IMG/VR virus record: IMGVR_UViG_3300024308_000022
Coordinates: 62,001-116,042 of that record
DNA length: 54,042 bases
Source: an uncultured virus (IMG/VR IMGVR_UViG_3300024308_000022)
Lineage: Duplodnaviria; Heunggongvirae; Uroviricota; Caudoviricetes
Direction: 5' to 3' (one strand)
The position numbers and the translations under genes were made by a program. Positions 36,312 to 45,895 of this stretch are shown piece after piece (position 1 is the first letter of the stretch; each line of letters opens with the position of its first letter). The notes below the pieces were generated by a model, which worked only from the letters and a program-made list of their open reading frames with translations, did not search any database and was not told the origin of the DNA.

Positions 36312-37438
36312 TACGCGAGTATCGTGTCTAACTTTCTGTTTAAGTAGTCGCGTGCATCTAACGGCATCGCAACGTCCTGTAACAGTTTTGTATTCACTAA
36401 CCGACGGTAGTCTTTTAAGTACTCGTTCACTAACGCACGGTTGTTCTTGATCGCTTCGTTTTGAAACAGAATTCCAAAAACCGTTTCACACCAATCGAGT
36501 TGACAAAACCATCGCGCGACTTCTGCGGGAGTGGAGTGCACTCTTGTAGGGTAACAGTAGGTGTCCTCAGCTGCATTACTTGCATACATGTCCACACTCG
36601 GTATCCACTGGAGTAACGCTTCTGCTTGCAAAGCTCGTCCTGTACGCGTTAAGTTTGCGTGAAACTGTGCTGCAGTTTCCCTCACGTAGGTGTACGAGTC
36701 AGGAATCGCGAGAGGCGGACGATTGACTGATAACGCAGGCGTGTACCCTATGGCACTACGAAACACCGTGTTGTACCATGCGATGTTGTTGTAACTTGGG
36801 ATTAAGTTCGCTAATGGGTATTGCACTAGAAACTGTCGTACTGACCCCAAAAAGACTCCACCGTTTTTCCTCAAGTGTTCTTTACGCCAACAGTGGTACT
36901 GGAATGCCAGTAAACCAAAGTCAATGGTAATAAACGCGTGCCCTGATTCTTCGGTGGTAATCTGTCCTGCGAGGATAGAGTAATCAAAATCTGTACGAGG
37001 ATGGCTCAGCACTTGGATAGGACGTAAGTACATCCACTCGCTCGGTTTGAGTGTAAACTCGTCGTAGTAACTTTGTGTTAAGTACAGGTACTCGTAGACG
37101 TTACTTCCAAAGAACCGTTGGGTGGCTTGAAACTTTCCTACGTAACGGTCACTTCCTACTCCAAACCGATTCAGTAAGTTGGGAGCTAAGGATGCAGCTA
37201 CGTCTGCAAAGCGATGTGGTGAACCTGTATCTGCAATCGGTAAAGAGTCTAATGCAGTCACGAGGAAGTGTGTGTTCTTCACCGCTAGGTTTCTCGTCCG
37301 GTAATGGTCCCTTACCGTTCGAAAGTTTTCACTGAATCGTCTTTCTATATACGGATACTGTCCGAGACGGACGCCTCCGTAAGCCTTTACACTCGGAGAC
37401 AAAAATAAAGTCAGCACAATCTGCTCCTTGGTAAACAT
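36293..37438 (-). CDS. Conserved Chimalliviridae protein (phiKZ gp052-like)
   Basis: Divergent from chimallin; AVKN.H.L, PI.VL.HP.TD, LA.QY..W motifs; start uncertain. Confidence 0.7.
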   Translation of the reverse strand: MFTKEQIVLTLFLSPSVKAYGGVRLGQYPYIERRFSENFRTVRDHYRTRNLAVKNTHFLVTALDSLPIADTGSPHRFADVAASLAPNLLNRFGVGSDRYVGKFQATQRFFGSNVYEYLYLTQSYYDEFTLKPSEWMYLRPIQVLSHPRTDFDYSILAGQITTEESGHAFITIDFGLLAFQYHCWRKEHLRKNGGVFLGSVRQFLVQYPLANLIPSYNNIAWYNTVFRSAIGYTPALSVNRPPLAIPDSYTYVRETAAQFHANLTRTGRALQAEALLQWIPSVDMYASNAAEDTYCYPTRVHSTPAEVARWFCQLDWCETVFGILFQNEAIKNNRALVNEYLKDYRRLVNTKLLQDVAMPLDARDYLNRKLDTILAYITEGA

Positions 37439-37588
37439 GAGTCTTGAAGACGTTTTCGCACATACCATCAGTGTTTATTTTTACTGCTGTAGTTATACTA
37501 TGTAGAAAACACAGCAGGCTTTGTAAAAAGTGCCTGCACAGCCACTCTCTATGCGGCTAAACCCCCAAATTCCTATATCCGTAGACGA

Positions 37589-37624
37589 CTCGAAAAATTT
37601 ACAGATATAGATTATAGAGTTGAG
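37589..37624 (+). promoter_or_regulatory. Putative early phage promoter for chimallin
   Basis: CTCGAAAAATTTACAGATATAGATTATAGAGTTGAG, near copy of 6558..6593. Confidence 0.75.
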
Positions 37625-37686
37625 CACTAGGATAAAACCTAGCTCGATTGCAATCGAAATGTACGTAAAACAAAAGGAAGAAATAC

Positions 37687-39483
37687 ATGAAAGAACTGAA
37701 CACTGCCAGCCAGAAGTCGACTCAGGCACAAGCAGAACAACAACAAACGTTCACTGGTGAACAACCAGTCGCTCAAAACTTAGCTGCTATGTTTGCAGCA
37801 CAAACCAGCGGTGTGATGCCGTTAAGCCCACACAGTCAAGTGCTGTCTGGCTACTTAGAAACTCTGAAGCCAATGGTAGACTCTGCCAACCGTGACAACT
37901 TCAAGTTCACCATGCTGGAACTGGATCAACAAACGACTCTGATCCCAGTGTCAGCTGTAGCGATCGTGGGTGAGTACAAAAAGCAAGTTGCGGTGTACCT
38001 GATGTTATTAGCAGGTACTGCAGAAGAACTGCCGATGTTAGCCAAACGCAACGACAGCATCAACTTAGGTCAACGTGAGTTACTGTACCCACAAACCGTA
38101 GGTGACTTAACACGTGATCCTCAGTTCCAACCACTGGTGTCTAAAGCGTTAGCAGGTTTACCGCCAACGGCGTCATTCGTAGGCTTCAGTGTAGTACCCC
38201 GTGAAACTGCTCCAGGCGATGCCAAAGCCGTACGCGACGTGTTAGTCCGTGCAATGTCTGCTTTACAGTACAACTTAAAAGCAGCGTTACAGGAAGCAGG
38301 TCAGTACATCGTTTCTATGAAAGGTGCAAACCAAGCAGGCTTCCAATTACGTAGCCGTGTAGAGTTAGCGTCAGCTCCTGCTAAAACAGCAGGTGGTTTA
38401 CCCGTACGTCGTGACATCACTGCTTCTGTTGCGTTGGTGAACACCAACACCAATGGTGGTTTGTTAGCGGGTCAATCTCGTAACATGGCTCAGCTGTCTG
38501 CCTTCTTAGACTTAGTCTACGTAGGCCCACGCATGATCGAAACGCCATACCAGCCAGCTCGTGCTACTACTCAGCACTTCCAAGCGCGTATGGTTGTCAC
38601 CGATCTGTCACTGAACGCCGGTGTGACCACGCCTGAGCACATGGTGTTGGCATTAGCGTTAGCTGCTGAACCAATCCGTAGCCGTCAGTACATCAACACG
38701 TTCCACCGCCATGGCGCTGAGCGTAGCTTAGACGTGCTGTCTGCTGAAATGGCCGCTGAAGGTTTACTGCCAGCAGGTACTCGTGTGGGTGCTAACGAAC
38801 CTACGTTCGACGTAAACCGCTTCTTCGCTGAATTCGTTCACCCAGAAGTAGCGGTCGTAGTACACATCCCAGAAACAGGTGAAGACACCTGGTTACTGAG
38901 TCTGTTACGTGACGCCTGTGCGGGTTCTGACACGGCAGTGAAGCGTTTCACACAAGCGTGTGATAACCTGACCTCTGGTAAGTTCTCTGAAGTGTTCCAG
39001 CGCTTAGGTTCTGGTCCTATCGGTAAAGTCGTCCCTACACGGGTTCCGTTAGGTTACTACACCAATGGCCACTCTGTGAAGTCCGACATCCGTGACTTCG
39101 ACCACATGGCAATCTCTGCTATGGAAGGTGACAAAGACTTAACCCAAGTCTACCGTTTCGATGAGTGTTACGATCCACGTCGTGCCTCTACCGAAGAACG
39201 TCTGACTGTACTGTGTCAGCTGCAGAAGAAATACTTAGGTGACGTGGTGATCACTGACTACGCTACTGAAGTGATGTTAAACGATCGCGTTCTGTTAGCC
39301 CTGGTGACTGCGTTGGGTGAAGTAGGTGCGGCTCTGACTCCAGAGTACACACAAAACGAAACTCGCGTCGTACCTCGTGCAAACGTAGACGTGTTGTCTG
39401 GCGGTCTGTCTGCAAATGCATTCAGCACTGGCTACAACGCACCGACGTTTAACAACGGTCAAAGCTTCCAGTCTCGCTGGTAA
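37687..39483 (+). CDS. chmA: Chimallin, phage nuclear shell protein
   Basis: About 600 aa, strongly biased codons, directly upstream of the nvRNAP beta' gene; GLPVR.DI and LGYY....DIR.FD motifs; flexible N and C tails. Confidence 0.88.
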   Translation: MKELNTASQKSTQAQAEQQQTFTGEQPVAQNLAAMFAAQTSGVMPLSPHSQVLSGYLETLKPMVDSANRDNFKFTMLELDQQTTLIPVSAVAIVGEYKKQVAVYLMLLAGTAEELPMLAKRNDSINLGQRELLYPQTVGDLTRDPQFQPLVSKALAGLPPTASFVGFSVVPRETAPGDAKAVRDVLVRAMSALQYNLKAALQEAGQYIVSMKGANQAGFQLRSRVELASAPAKTAGGLPVRRDITASVALVNTNTNGGLLAGQSRNMAQLSAFLDLVYVGPRMIETPYQPARATTQHFQARMVVTDLSLNAGVTTPEHMVLALALAAEPIRSRQYINTFHRHGAERSLDVLSAEMAAEGLLPAGTRVGANEPTFDVNRFFAEFVHPEVAVVVHIPETGEDTWLLSLLRDACAGSDTAVKRFTQACDNLTSGKFSEVFQRLGSGPIGKVVPTRVPLGYYTNGHSVKSDIRDFDHMAISAMEGDKDLTQVYRFDECYDPRRASTEERLTVLCQLQKKYLGDVVITDYATEVMLNDRVLLALVTALGEVGAALTPEYTQNETRVVPRANVDVLSGGLSANAFSTGYNAPTFNNGQSFQSRW

Positions 39484-39504
39484 GCTTTACTCCTCGTGAC
39501 GAAG

Positions 39505-39540
39505 AAACAGGGAGCACTCCGCTCCCTGTTTTCTTTGCCG
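39505..39540 (+). terminator. Intrinsic terminator
   Basis: AAACAGGGAGC-ACTCC-GCTCCCTGTTT then TCTTTGCCG. Confidence 0.8.
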
Positions 39541-39592
39541 CTTTTCCTTTTCTTTTCTTTAAAATTCGTTTCAATTCACTCAGGGAGTCACT

Positions 39593-40795
39593 GTGGTAGA
39601 AACAAACGAAAACGACGATGGCGTCTATCTAGAACTCGTCGATTACGTGGAAATGTACGGCGCACAGTCCGTGCCACCGGTGTGTATCAATGACATCGAC
39701 GCACGTACCGTGCAAGCAAAACAATTTCTGTCCAATTTAATACGGACAGAGTACGATGGAGACCAAGTCAGCGTCCTCCCGTCGTGTGGGTGTGGGCATA
39801 CCACAGGGCAGTATGCAGCAAGCATTAAACTGCGCTGTGAGCTGTGTGGTACCGTTCCCATGAGTATTCTCGAGCGTCCAATCGAGTCTACGTTATGGAT
39901 ACGCGCACCACGGGGCGTGAAAGCGTTGATTAACCCAACAATCTGGTACATCTTAGACCAACTGTTTAAGAAGAACGGGATCAGTATCATGCGGTGGTTA
40001 TGTGACCCCTACTACCGTATCCCGAGTGGTCATAGTGCGTTTGGAGAACAACTGGAAGCGTATGGGTTTCAACGGGGGTTGAATAACTTCTTTGATCACT
40101 TTGACCTGTACTTAAGTATCCTCGTGGATAACCGATTGTACTCAGGCTCACCCGATCGCAAAGACAACGTCATGGAGCTGGTGCGTGAGAACCGTGACTT
40201 GGTGTTTACTCCATATCTACCAATCCCAAACAAGATTGCGTTTATTACAGAGAAAACAGCGGTGGGTACCTACGCCGACTTCGGAATGGTAGACGCGATT
40301 GATGCAGCCTACACCATTCTCGACTTAGGGGAAGCGTACCAGAACGTACGGTTAAAGAAAGCAGAGAGTCGTGCAACGGTGTGTGTGGTACAACTCAGTG
40401 CGTACTACAACAACCTGTACAAGAACATTCTAGGTGGGAAGAAGGGATGGTTCCGTAAACACATCTTCGGTACACGTGCAAACTACAGCTTCCGTAACGT
40501 CGTGAACTCCTTGACAGGATGGCACTTATACTCAGAGCTGGAGATTCCGTGGACGACTGCGATTGCTGTATTGCAAGCACAGCTCACCAATAAGCTTTTG
40601 AAACGTGGGTGGGGTCCGAATCAGATTGAGAAATTCCTGTCTGAAAACGCTCACACTTACAACCCAGAGCTGGATGCACTCTTTGATGAGTTAATCAGCG
40701 ACTCCCCTTACGTCGTTGGTGTTTATAACCCCATCGGTACACAACCCCACGAACATCGAGAGATCCGTGGTATCCCGTGTATTTTCCATCGAAAT
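39593..40795 (+). CDS. nvRNAP beta' N-terminal subunit (phiKZ gp055-like), exon 1
   Basis: Zn finger C.CG...C..CGT, KKGWFRKHIFG.R; ends at ...FHRN just before the conserved PTL. Confidence 0.9.
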
Positions 40796-41217
40796 TGACT
40801 TAGGTTTCCTTTACTGGTAACAGTAACGCCAAACTCCTCTAACTGCTGGGACGATCTATCTAAAACTCTTTACCACAACGCAACTGGAAACGGTCTACGT
40901 GACGGTTTGAAAACAAAGAGTCTGGGTCTATCAGCAGCGAAGTTCCTAAGGGTGTATCAGCAGTATACATTACGGAATGTGTTCAACGACTATCGAAACC
41001 GCTTTCTTGCAATAAGAAAGAGAAGGGAGTAGAGTAGCCCGCAAGCGATCGAAAGGTCAGGTGGTTAGCCTAGCGCTAAGTAGTTTAAAACTATGCGAAA
41101 CGAGGAGCTCCGTTATCCCTACTTATAACGGATGAAGATATAGTCTTTTATCCCAGGTAATTCTGGGGACGTTCTTTTAAGAACTGCGTAGGTGTCGCGC
41201 CCTACGTGAAAGCAAAG
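40796..41217 (+). mobile_element. Group I intron 1 (ORF-less, 422 nt)
   Basis: Exon ends in U, intron ends in G; P1 GAAAU/GUUUC with U-G; P3 CUCCUC/GAGGAG; P AACUGCUGGGA, Q AUCAGCAG, R GUUCAACGACUA, S AAGAUAUAGUCU. Confidence 0.92.
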
Positions 41218-41331
41218 CCCACACTGCATGAACTATCCATGCAGCAATTCTTTATCAGCAGGATAAAGAAAGACCCGGCTATAAACTCAGTCAGTGTATC
41301 CACTCACTGTATAACCGGCATGAACTGCGAT
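41218..41331 (+). CDS. nvRNAP beta' subunit, exon 2 (38 aa)
   Basis: PTLHELSMQQFFISRIKKDPAINSVSVSTHCITGMNCD restores RNPTLH and the first half of the catalytic motif. Confidence 0.9.
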
Positions 41332-42885
41332 GAAATAACATTAATTAACTTAACATGCATCTATCTTATGCGACTAGCATGAGAAGGAAATGAAAGATGC
41401 GCGAAGGTTTGATAGAATCGAAAAGATACCCTAAGTATTACCACCACCCCCAGATTCCTCGGATTGTGATTTCCGAAGAAGGGATAGTAATTGATGTTTT
41501 GTTAGATTATTGTCCCTTAGCGTACTTCAACTCACATTTCGGGTATAACGTGATGAACATACGCGGTAAAGGCACGATGACACACCATCGTCTTGTCGCC
41601 GAAACGTTCCATCACAAAGAACACGACCACTACGTCACGAATCACATCGATGGCGATAAATTTAACAACAGAGCCAGTAACCTAGAATGGGTCGATAGGA
41701 AAAGAAACTTATGGCACGCTTACGAGTTAGGGCTGAAGAAAGATAATCGTCCTGTAGAGGTCTTAGACTTAACCACGCAGGAAGTTAATTCGTTCTTGGG
41801 TTTAAACAAAGCAGCCGCGTGGCTGAAAGCGTCCCAGAGTAGGTTACACGTTTATCTGAACTCCACACAGCAAACTCCGTTCTTGAAAAAATACAACGTG
41901 CGTTACGCGGACTCGAGTTGGAAACAAATCGATTCCAGTAATGTCGGCGAGAAACCAAATGGTGCCCCGCGCGAAGTTGTATTGACTTCTAAGGATGGAA
42001 AAGAAGTTTATATCTTCGAGAGCTACGGGGAAGCTGCCAGATACTTCAATGTGTCTACGAGTTCGATATGGCAGTCGATAAATAGGGGGACTAGAGTCAG
42101 GGGTTTATTCCTAGCAAAACATCTTGACGAGAAGGAAGGTTCTGTGGGAACTGTCGTTAAGAGAAAGCCTAAGAAAATGTCACCTAACTCGCGACGTCCG
42201 GCCTTTCCGATAAAAGTAACCAATAAGTTGACCGGCGAAGTTAAGCACTACGCGTCGACTCTGGACTTTTGTGCGGAAGTGGGAGCTCGAAGAAATACGG
42301 TACAAAGGGGAATGTCCATCAACGGGGGTAGATGGTCAATATATCAAATCGAATACGTTAACGTTAGTTAGTATGTTAAAGTCCCATCTATCCGCGAGGG
42401 TGGATGCGTACACCACTAAACGCTGGAAAAGCCTAAAGCTCTGCAACCAACACCGTGCTGGAAACAGTAAACTACAGTACTTGGCAGCAAGTGCGGTACA
42501 CGGAGATCACTAGGACGGCGCGAGTCTTCTGAACGTCAGGTGGGGAAACCCAGAAACAATCGTAGAGATGCCCTATGCTGAAAAGAAACCGGAAACGGCG
42601 CTAAGGGGATGAAAAAGAAACCGAAAGGTAAAATGGTCAATCAGCAGCGAAGCTCCTAAGGGTTTGTTTACACAGATTACGGAGTGTGTTCAACGACTGT
42701 CCCGTAGCGGGGAGTAGGGGTACAAGCTAGAGTGAAAACTCAAGGTACTTCGAAATGTGGTGCTGCTCTTCTATAAAGGAGAGTAGATGGTATAGTCTGC
42801 ACTGTAGGGAAAGCCTACAGCTGCGTACCCACGCTGTGAAGCGTGAGACGCGGGAGAGCCTTGCGAACTCTCCGAACATACATGG
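41332..42885 (+). mobile_element. Group I intron 2 (1554 nt) carrying an HNH endonuclease
   Basis: IGS GUUAAA-GUC (42375-42383) pairs with both exons; P3 CACCAC/GUGGUG; Q AAUCAGCAG; R GUUCAACGACUG; S GGUAUAGUCU; terminal G 42885. Confidence 0.92.
41397..42371 (+). CDS. Intron-encoded HNH homing endonuclease with NUMOD1-like repeats
   Basis: HRLVA.TF...NHIDGDK.NN...NLEW....N..H, then three HTH-like repeats (e.g. FESYGEAARYFNVS); own TATG (41367) and GAAGGA RBS. Confidence 0.92.
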   Translation: MREGLIESKRYPKYYHHPQIPRIVISEEGIVIDVLLDYCPLAYFNSHFGYNVMNIRGKGTMTHHRLVAETFHHKEHDHYVTNHIDGDKFNNRASNLEWVDRKRNLWHAYELGLKKDNRPVEVLDLTTQEVNSFLGLNKAAAWLKASQSRLHVYLNSTQQTPFLKKYNVRYADSSWKQIDSSNVGEKPNGAPREVVLTSKDGKEVYIFESYGEAARYFNVSTSSIWQSINRGTRVRGLFLAKHLDEKEGSVGTVVKRKPKKMSPNSRRPAFPIKVTNKLTGEVKHYASTLDFCAEVGARRNTVQRGMSINGGRWSIYQIEYVNVS

Positions 42886-43149
42886 TTTGACGGTGATGCA
42901 TTAAATGCCCTTGTCGCATTAGACAGGGAGCAATTTGAAGCGCTTAGGAAACTAGCGCCTCACAAAGGGGTATTAGACCACGGTACGCCTCGTAAAGTCA
43001 GTCGTGTAATTGCACTACACAGTGCAACTATTGCTACGATAGCTAACTGGCTGTATCGAGATGAAGCGTCAGCAAAACGGTTTGAGTTGCCTATAGAACG
43101 GTATGACCCAGACCACCAACTGGCGCAATTTAAAAACCTGGAGGTATAA
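42886..43149 (+). CDS. nvRNAP beta' subunit, exon 3 (87 aa; phiKZ gp056.1-like)
   Basis: FDGDALN...LAPH...IANWL; completes NCD|FDGD; its stop abuts the next ATG. Confidence 0.9.
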   Translation, partial: FDGDALNALVALDREQFEALRKLAPHKGVLDHGTPRKVSRVIALHSATIATIANWLYRDEASAKRFELPIERYDPDHQLAQFKNLEV

Positions 43150-43758
43150 ATGCGAGTGGTAGAAGGAGGCCGTGCGCTGCAACATGCTGCGGCTTACGGA
43201 CGTCCACATCAAAACGTACTCCAGTACGTAGAGACACAACGACACGATTACGTCAGTGGGTTAACTGAGCTTGGACGGGCTCAGTACGACCAAGCGATTG
43301 CACACGCGTCAACTTTGGTTGACTCACACGCGTTAGTGATTGCAGACGCGTTACGTGCTCGGACGGAAAGCTTCACACAAGTCAACAGTATCCATCGGTT
43401 GTCAACGTATGAAGAGGTACAGAACGCTCCACAAGAAATGGTACGGTGGTTGATGGTGGCTCCTGAGATCCGGGACGTGTACCACGACCAACGCTGTCAT
43501 GGGTTTGGAGAGCGGTATGTCGACCTACAGCCGGGTGTGTCTCGTTGGGACCACGATGACTACTGTCGTGTTTACAGTGGACAAGTCAACTTTGACGACG
43601 AAGGACCTTTAGTACGGGTTTGTGTCGTAGGGGACGACGACGAGATTCCTTTAAGTACGCAACAGAAACTAGACATTCGGTACAGTATCGATGTTATGGT
43701 AGCTGGATTTGCAGAAGGGATTGACACCACCGATGAGCTCAATGGGGCATTGGGGTAA
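43150..43758 (+). CDS. Conserved protein (phiKZ gp059-like; possible Imp3 import factor)
   Basis: Q.AP..M.RWLM..P..R..Y..Q...GF...Y.D, DY.RV..G; synteny; the Imp3 link is recalled from the literature. Confidence 0.65.
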   Translation: MRVVEGGRALQHAAAYGRPHQNVLQYVETQRHDYVSGLTELGRAQYDQAIAHASTLVDSHALVIADALRARTESFTQVNSIHRLSTYEEVQNAPQEMVRWLMVAPEIRDVYHDQRCHGFGERYVDLQPGVSRWDHDDYCRVYSGQVNFDDEGPLVRVCVVGDDDEIPLSTQQKLDIRYSIDVMVAGFAEGIDTTDELNGALG

Positions 43759-43772
43759 ATGAATAAAAAAGC

Positions 43773-43803
43773 AAAGAGCCTTCGGGCTCTTTCTTTTTTT
43801 TTT
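43773..43803 (+). terminator. Intrinsic terminator
   Basis: AAAGAGCC-TTCG-GGCTCTTT-C-T10. Confidence 0.85.
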
Positions 43804-43814
43804 GGTGGAATGAC

Positions 43815-44228
43815 GTGGAGGAAGGTATGGTAGCAGTAGGTATAAACCTAGGTGGAAAAGGGTGGTTGACAGGAACGATTGAAACGTTGGATCAGTGCAT
43901 GGCTGACTTTCTTACCGCAAAGTATTCGAAGTCTGAGCTGTATGCTGGAAGTATCAGTAGTATGGCGTATTTAGTGGGTGAGTATGGACAAGACCCAGAA
44001 GCGTTTAGTACGCAACTGGACTCTGTACTGACGTCGTATTTGTCACGTTGGTTTACAACAGTCAGTGTGAGCACAGCGGTGACGTATCCTAATAACATAG
44101 AAGCAGCACGGTATAACATCAACTTGTCGATCCAAGTTCAACGAGACGGGATCGTGTATGACTTATCAAAAGTGTTAGAACTCAGTAATGGGAAACTACA
44201 GGACTTGATTGAGGTGATCAATGGCTAA
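43815..44228 (+). CDS. Conserved Chimalliviridae protein
   Basis: GW....D....F....YS.S.LY.G.ISS..YL pattern; core-block synteny; start may be 43827. Confidence 0.65.
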   Translation: MEEGMVAVGINLGGKGWLTGTIETLDQCMADFLTAKYSKSELYAGSISSMAYLVGEYGQDPEAFSTQLDSVLTSYLSRWFTTVSVSTAVTYPNNIEAARYNINLSIQVQRDGIVYDLSKVLELSNGKLQDLIEVING

Positions 44229-44781
44229 CGCACGTAGTTTAGAAGACTTAGGGTTGATAGAAATGAATGAAGCGATGGATACGCTCATTAATGAAAACCG
44301 AAGTCGAATCGTAAGTGTAGAAGAGCATGTGTTTGTCAGTAAGTACTTACCTTTACTCACAGCGACTCAGAAAGTCGACTTAACGCCTTGGGTAGAGTTA
44401 GCAGGAGGAGGGTTCCAAGGAGGACAATTCAAACCTGTACACGTTGTAAAAAACGGGCAGCTCTTATTTACTGTACCTCCTTTATTTGCAACGCCTACTA
44501 CCTACACGAAATACGACGAGAGACAAAGCATCTCTACGGTCGTAGACCAACTCCAAAGTAAAGCCAGAGCGTTTAACCTTTCGATGGATATCGCCCTTCC
44601 TAAAACCTTACAGGGGCTTTACACCACCCGTAGAGAGCAAACTCCAGACCACTCCAAAGCGTGGGCTGCGATTTTGCAACGGTATGGAATCGTCACTGGG
44701 ACGACGGAGTCGAGCGTGAGCACACAGGCGTTGTCACAGACATGGCTGACTGACGATGACACAGACGACGATTGGGCGTGA
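44221..44781 (+). CDS. Conserved Chimalliviridae protein (phiKZ gp062-like)
   Basis: E..FV..YLP, W...AG, LFTVPP, W..IL.RYG, acidic tail. Confidence 0.65.
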   Translation: MANARSLEDLGLIEMNEAMDTLINENRSRIVSVEEHVFVSKYLPLLTATQKVDLTPWVELAGGGFQGGQFKPVHVVKNGQLLFTVPPLFATPTTYTKYDERQSISTVVDQLQSKARAFNLSMDIALPKTLQGLYTTRREQTPDHSKAWAAILQRYGIVTGTTESSVSTQALSQTWLTDDDTDDDWA

Positions 44782-45895
44782 GGGATTCACGTTATTAAGT
44801 TTTCACGACGTCCACTTAGGACACCACCGGACTCCGACGGAAGAGATCATCGCTGGGGTAAAGAAAGCAATCCTTGCTGAGAACCCCAAGCTGGTGAGTT
44901 GTATTGCGTTTCAAGGGGACTTGTTTGACCGTGACTTGCAATTAAGTGCGCACTGTGTGACTGACATTCATGAGTTTTTTGAATGGTTACTCCGCTACTG
45001 CAAAGAACACGACATTTGGTTACGGGTACTGGAAGGTACACCGAGCCACGATTGGAAACAGTCCAGACTTTTAGTGACATTAAACCGTCTACTGCGAATA
45101 GACTGTGAGCTCTATTACGCAGAGCAGTTAGAAATCGAAACCCTCCCGAACGGGATGACGGTTTTATACGTACCGGATGAGTGGAGCATCGATCCAGCGG
45201 ATACACACCGTCAAGCGGTGCGCCTTTTAGAGTCTCACGGCTTAGCGCAAGTGGATTTCATTTTCATGCATGGCGCGTTTGAGTATCAACTCCCACCGCA
45301 TGTACCACACGCTACGCACAGTAGCAGTGAGTGGCAGCCGTTAGCTAGGCAGTACATACTCTGTGGGCATATCCACCAACACTCACACCGTGGGAACATC
45401 CTCGTGGCGGGTTCCCACAACCGACTCGCCCATAACGAAGAAGCACCGAAAGGACACTTACGAGTGTGGGTGAGAGGCTCTCGTAAAGGGTGGGCGTTTG
45501 TAGAGAACGCAGAAGCGAAAGTGTACCGAACGATTGACTGCATCGGTCTGTCGTTAGAAGCGGCGTATGACGAGATACGTGAAATCGCACAGAGCACTCC
45601 TGCTCGTAGTTACTTACGTGTCAAAGCCAGTAGTACAGACTCGATTCTAAGGGGCGTAGCAGCTTTACGACAAGAGTTTCCTCAGTTCTATTGGGACACC
45701 AAAGGGGTACGTGAAGAAGAGCTAACAGAGAGTCGTGTAGACCCTACAGACGTTCCTGTATTTCGTGGCACGTCACTCACCGCAACAAACTTACCTCACT
45801 TAGTGAAAGAACGTATGACGCGTACAGGTGTTACGGCTGAGCTACAGTTACGTGTGGTACAATTACTGGAGGACTTGCAATGCGAGGTGTCTTAG
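44756..45895 (+). CDS. SbcD/Mre11-like nuclease (phiKZ gp065-like)
   Basis: DVHLG, GDLFD, GTPSHD, MHG, GHIH. Confidence 0.88.
   Translation: MTQTTIGREGFTLLSFHDVHLGHHRTPTEEIIAGVKKAILAENPKLVSCIAFQGDLFDRDLQLSAHCVTDIHEFFEWLLRYCKEHDIWLRVLEGTPSHDWKQSRLLVTLNRLLRIDCELYYAEQLEIETLPNGMTVLYVPDEWSIDPADTHRQAVRLLESHGLAQVDFIFMHGAFEYQLPPHVPHATHSSSEWQPLARQYILCGHIHQHSHRGNILVAGSHNRLAHNEEAPKGHLRVWVRGSRKGWAFVENAEAKVYRTIDCIGLSLEAAYDEIREIAQSTPARSYLRVKASSTDSILRGVAALRQEFPQFYWDTKGVREEELTESRVDPTDVPVFRGTSLTATNLPHLVKERMTRTGVTAELQLRVVQLLEDLQCEVS

Noticed and set aside
39496..39693. 65-aa ORF after chimallin
   Set aside because: Spans the terminator and overlaps the RNAP gene out of frame
40796..40798. Premature TGA in the RNAP beta' gene as a pseudogene, frameshift or stop-codon recoding
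   Set aside because: Fully explained by a group I intron; other genes end normally at all three stop codons
42271..42513. 80-aa ORF overlapping the HNH end
   Set aside because: Overlaps the HNH gene and intron core elements; no RBS
45446..45457. 12-nt perfect complement of ncRNA C (32519-32530) inside the SbcD-like gene
   Set aside because: One 12-nt match between a ~115-nt RNA and 54 kb is roughly expected by chance, and it lies mid-CDS
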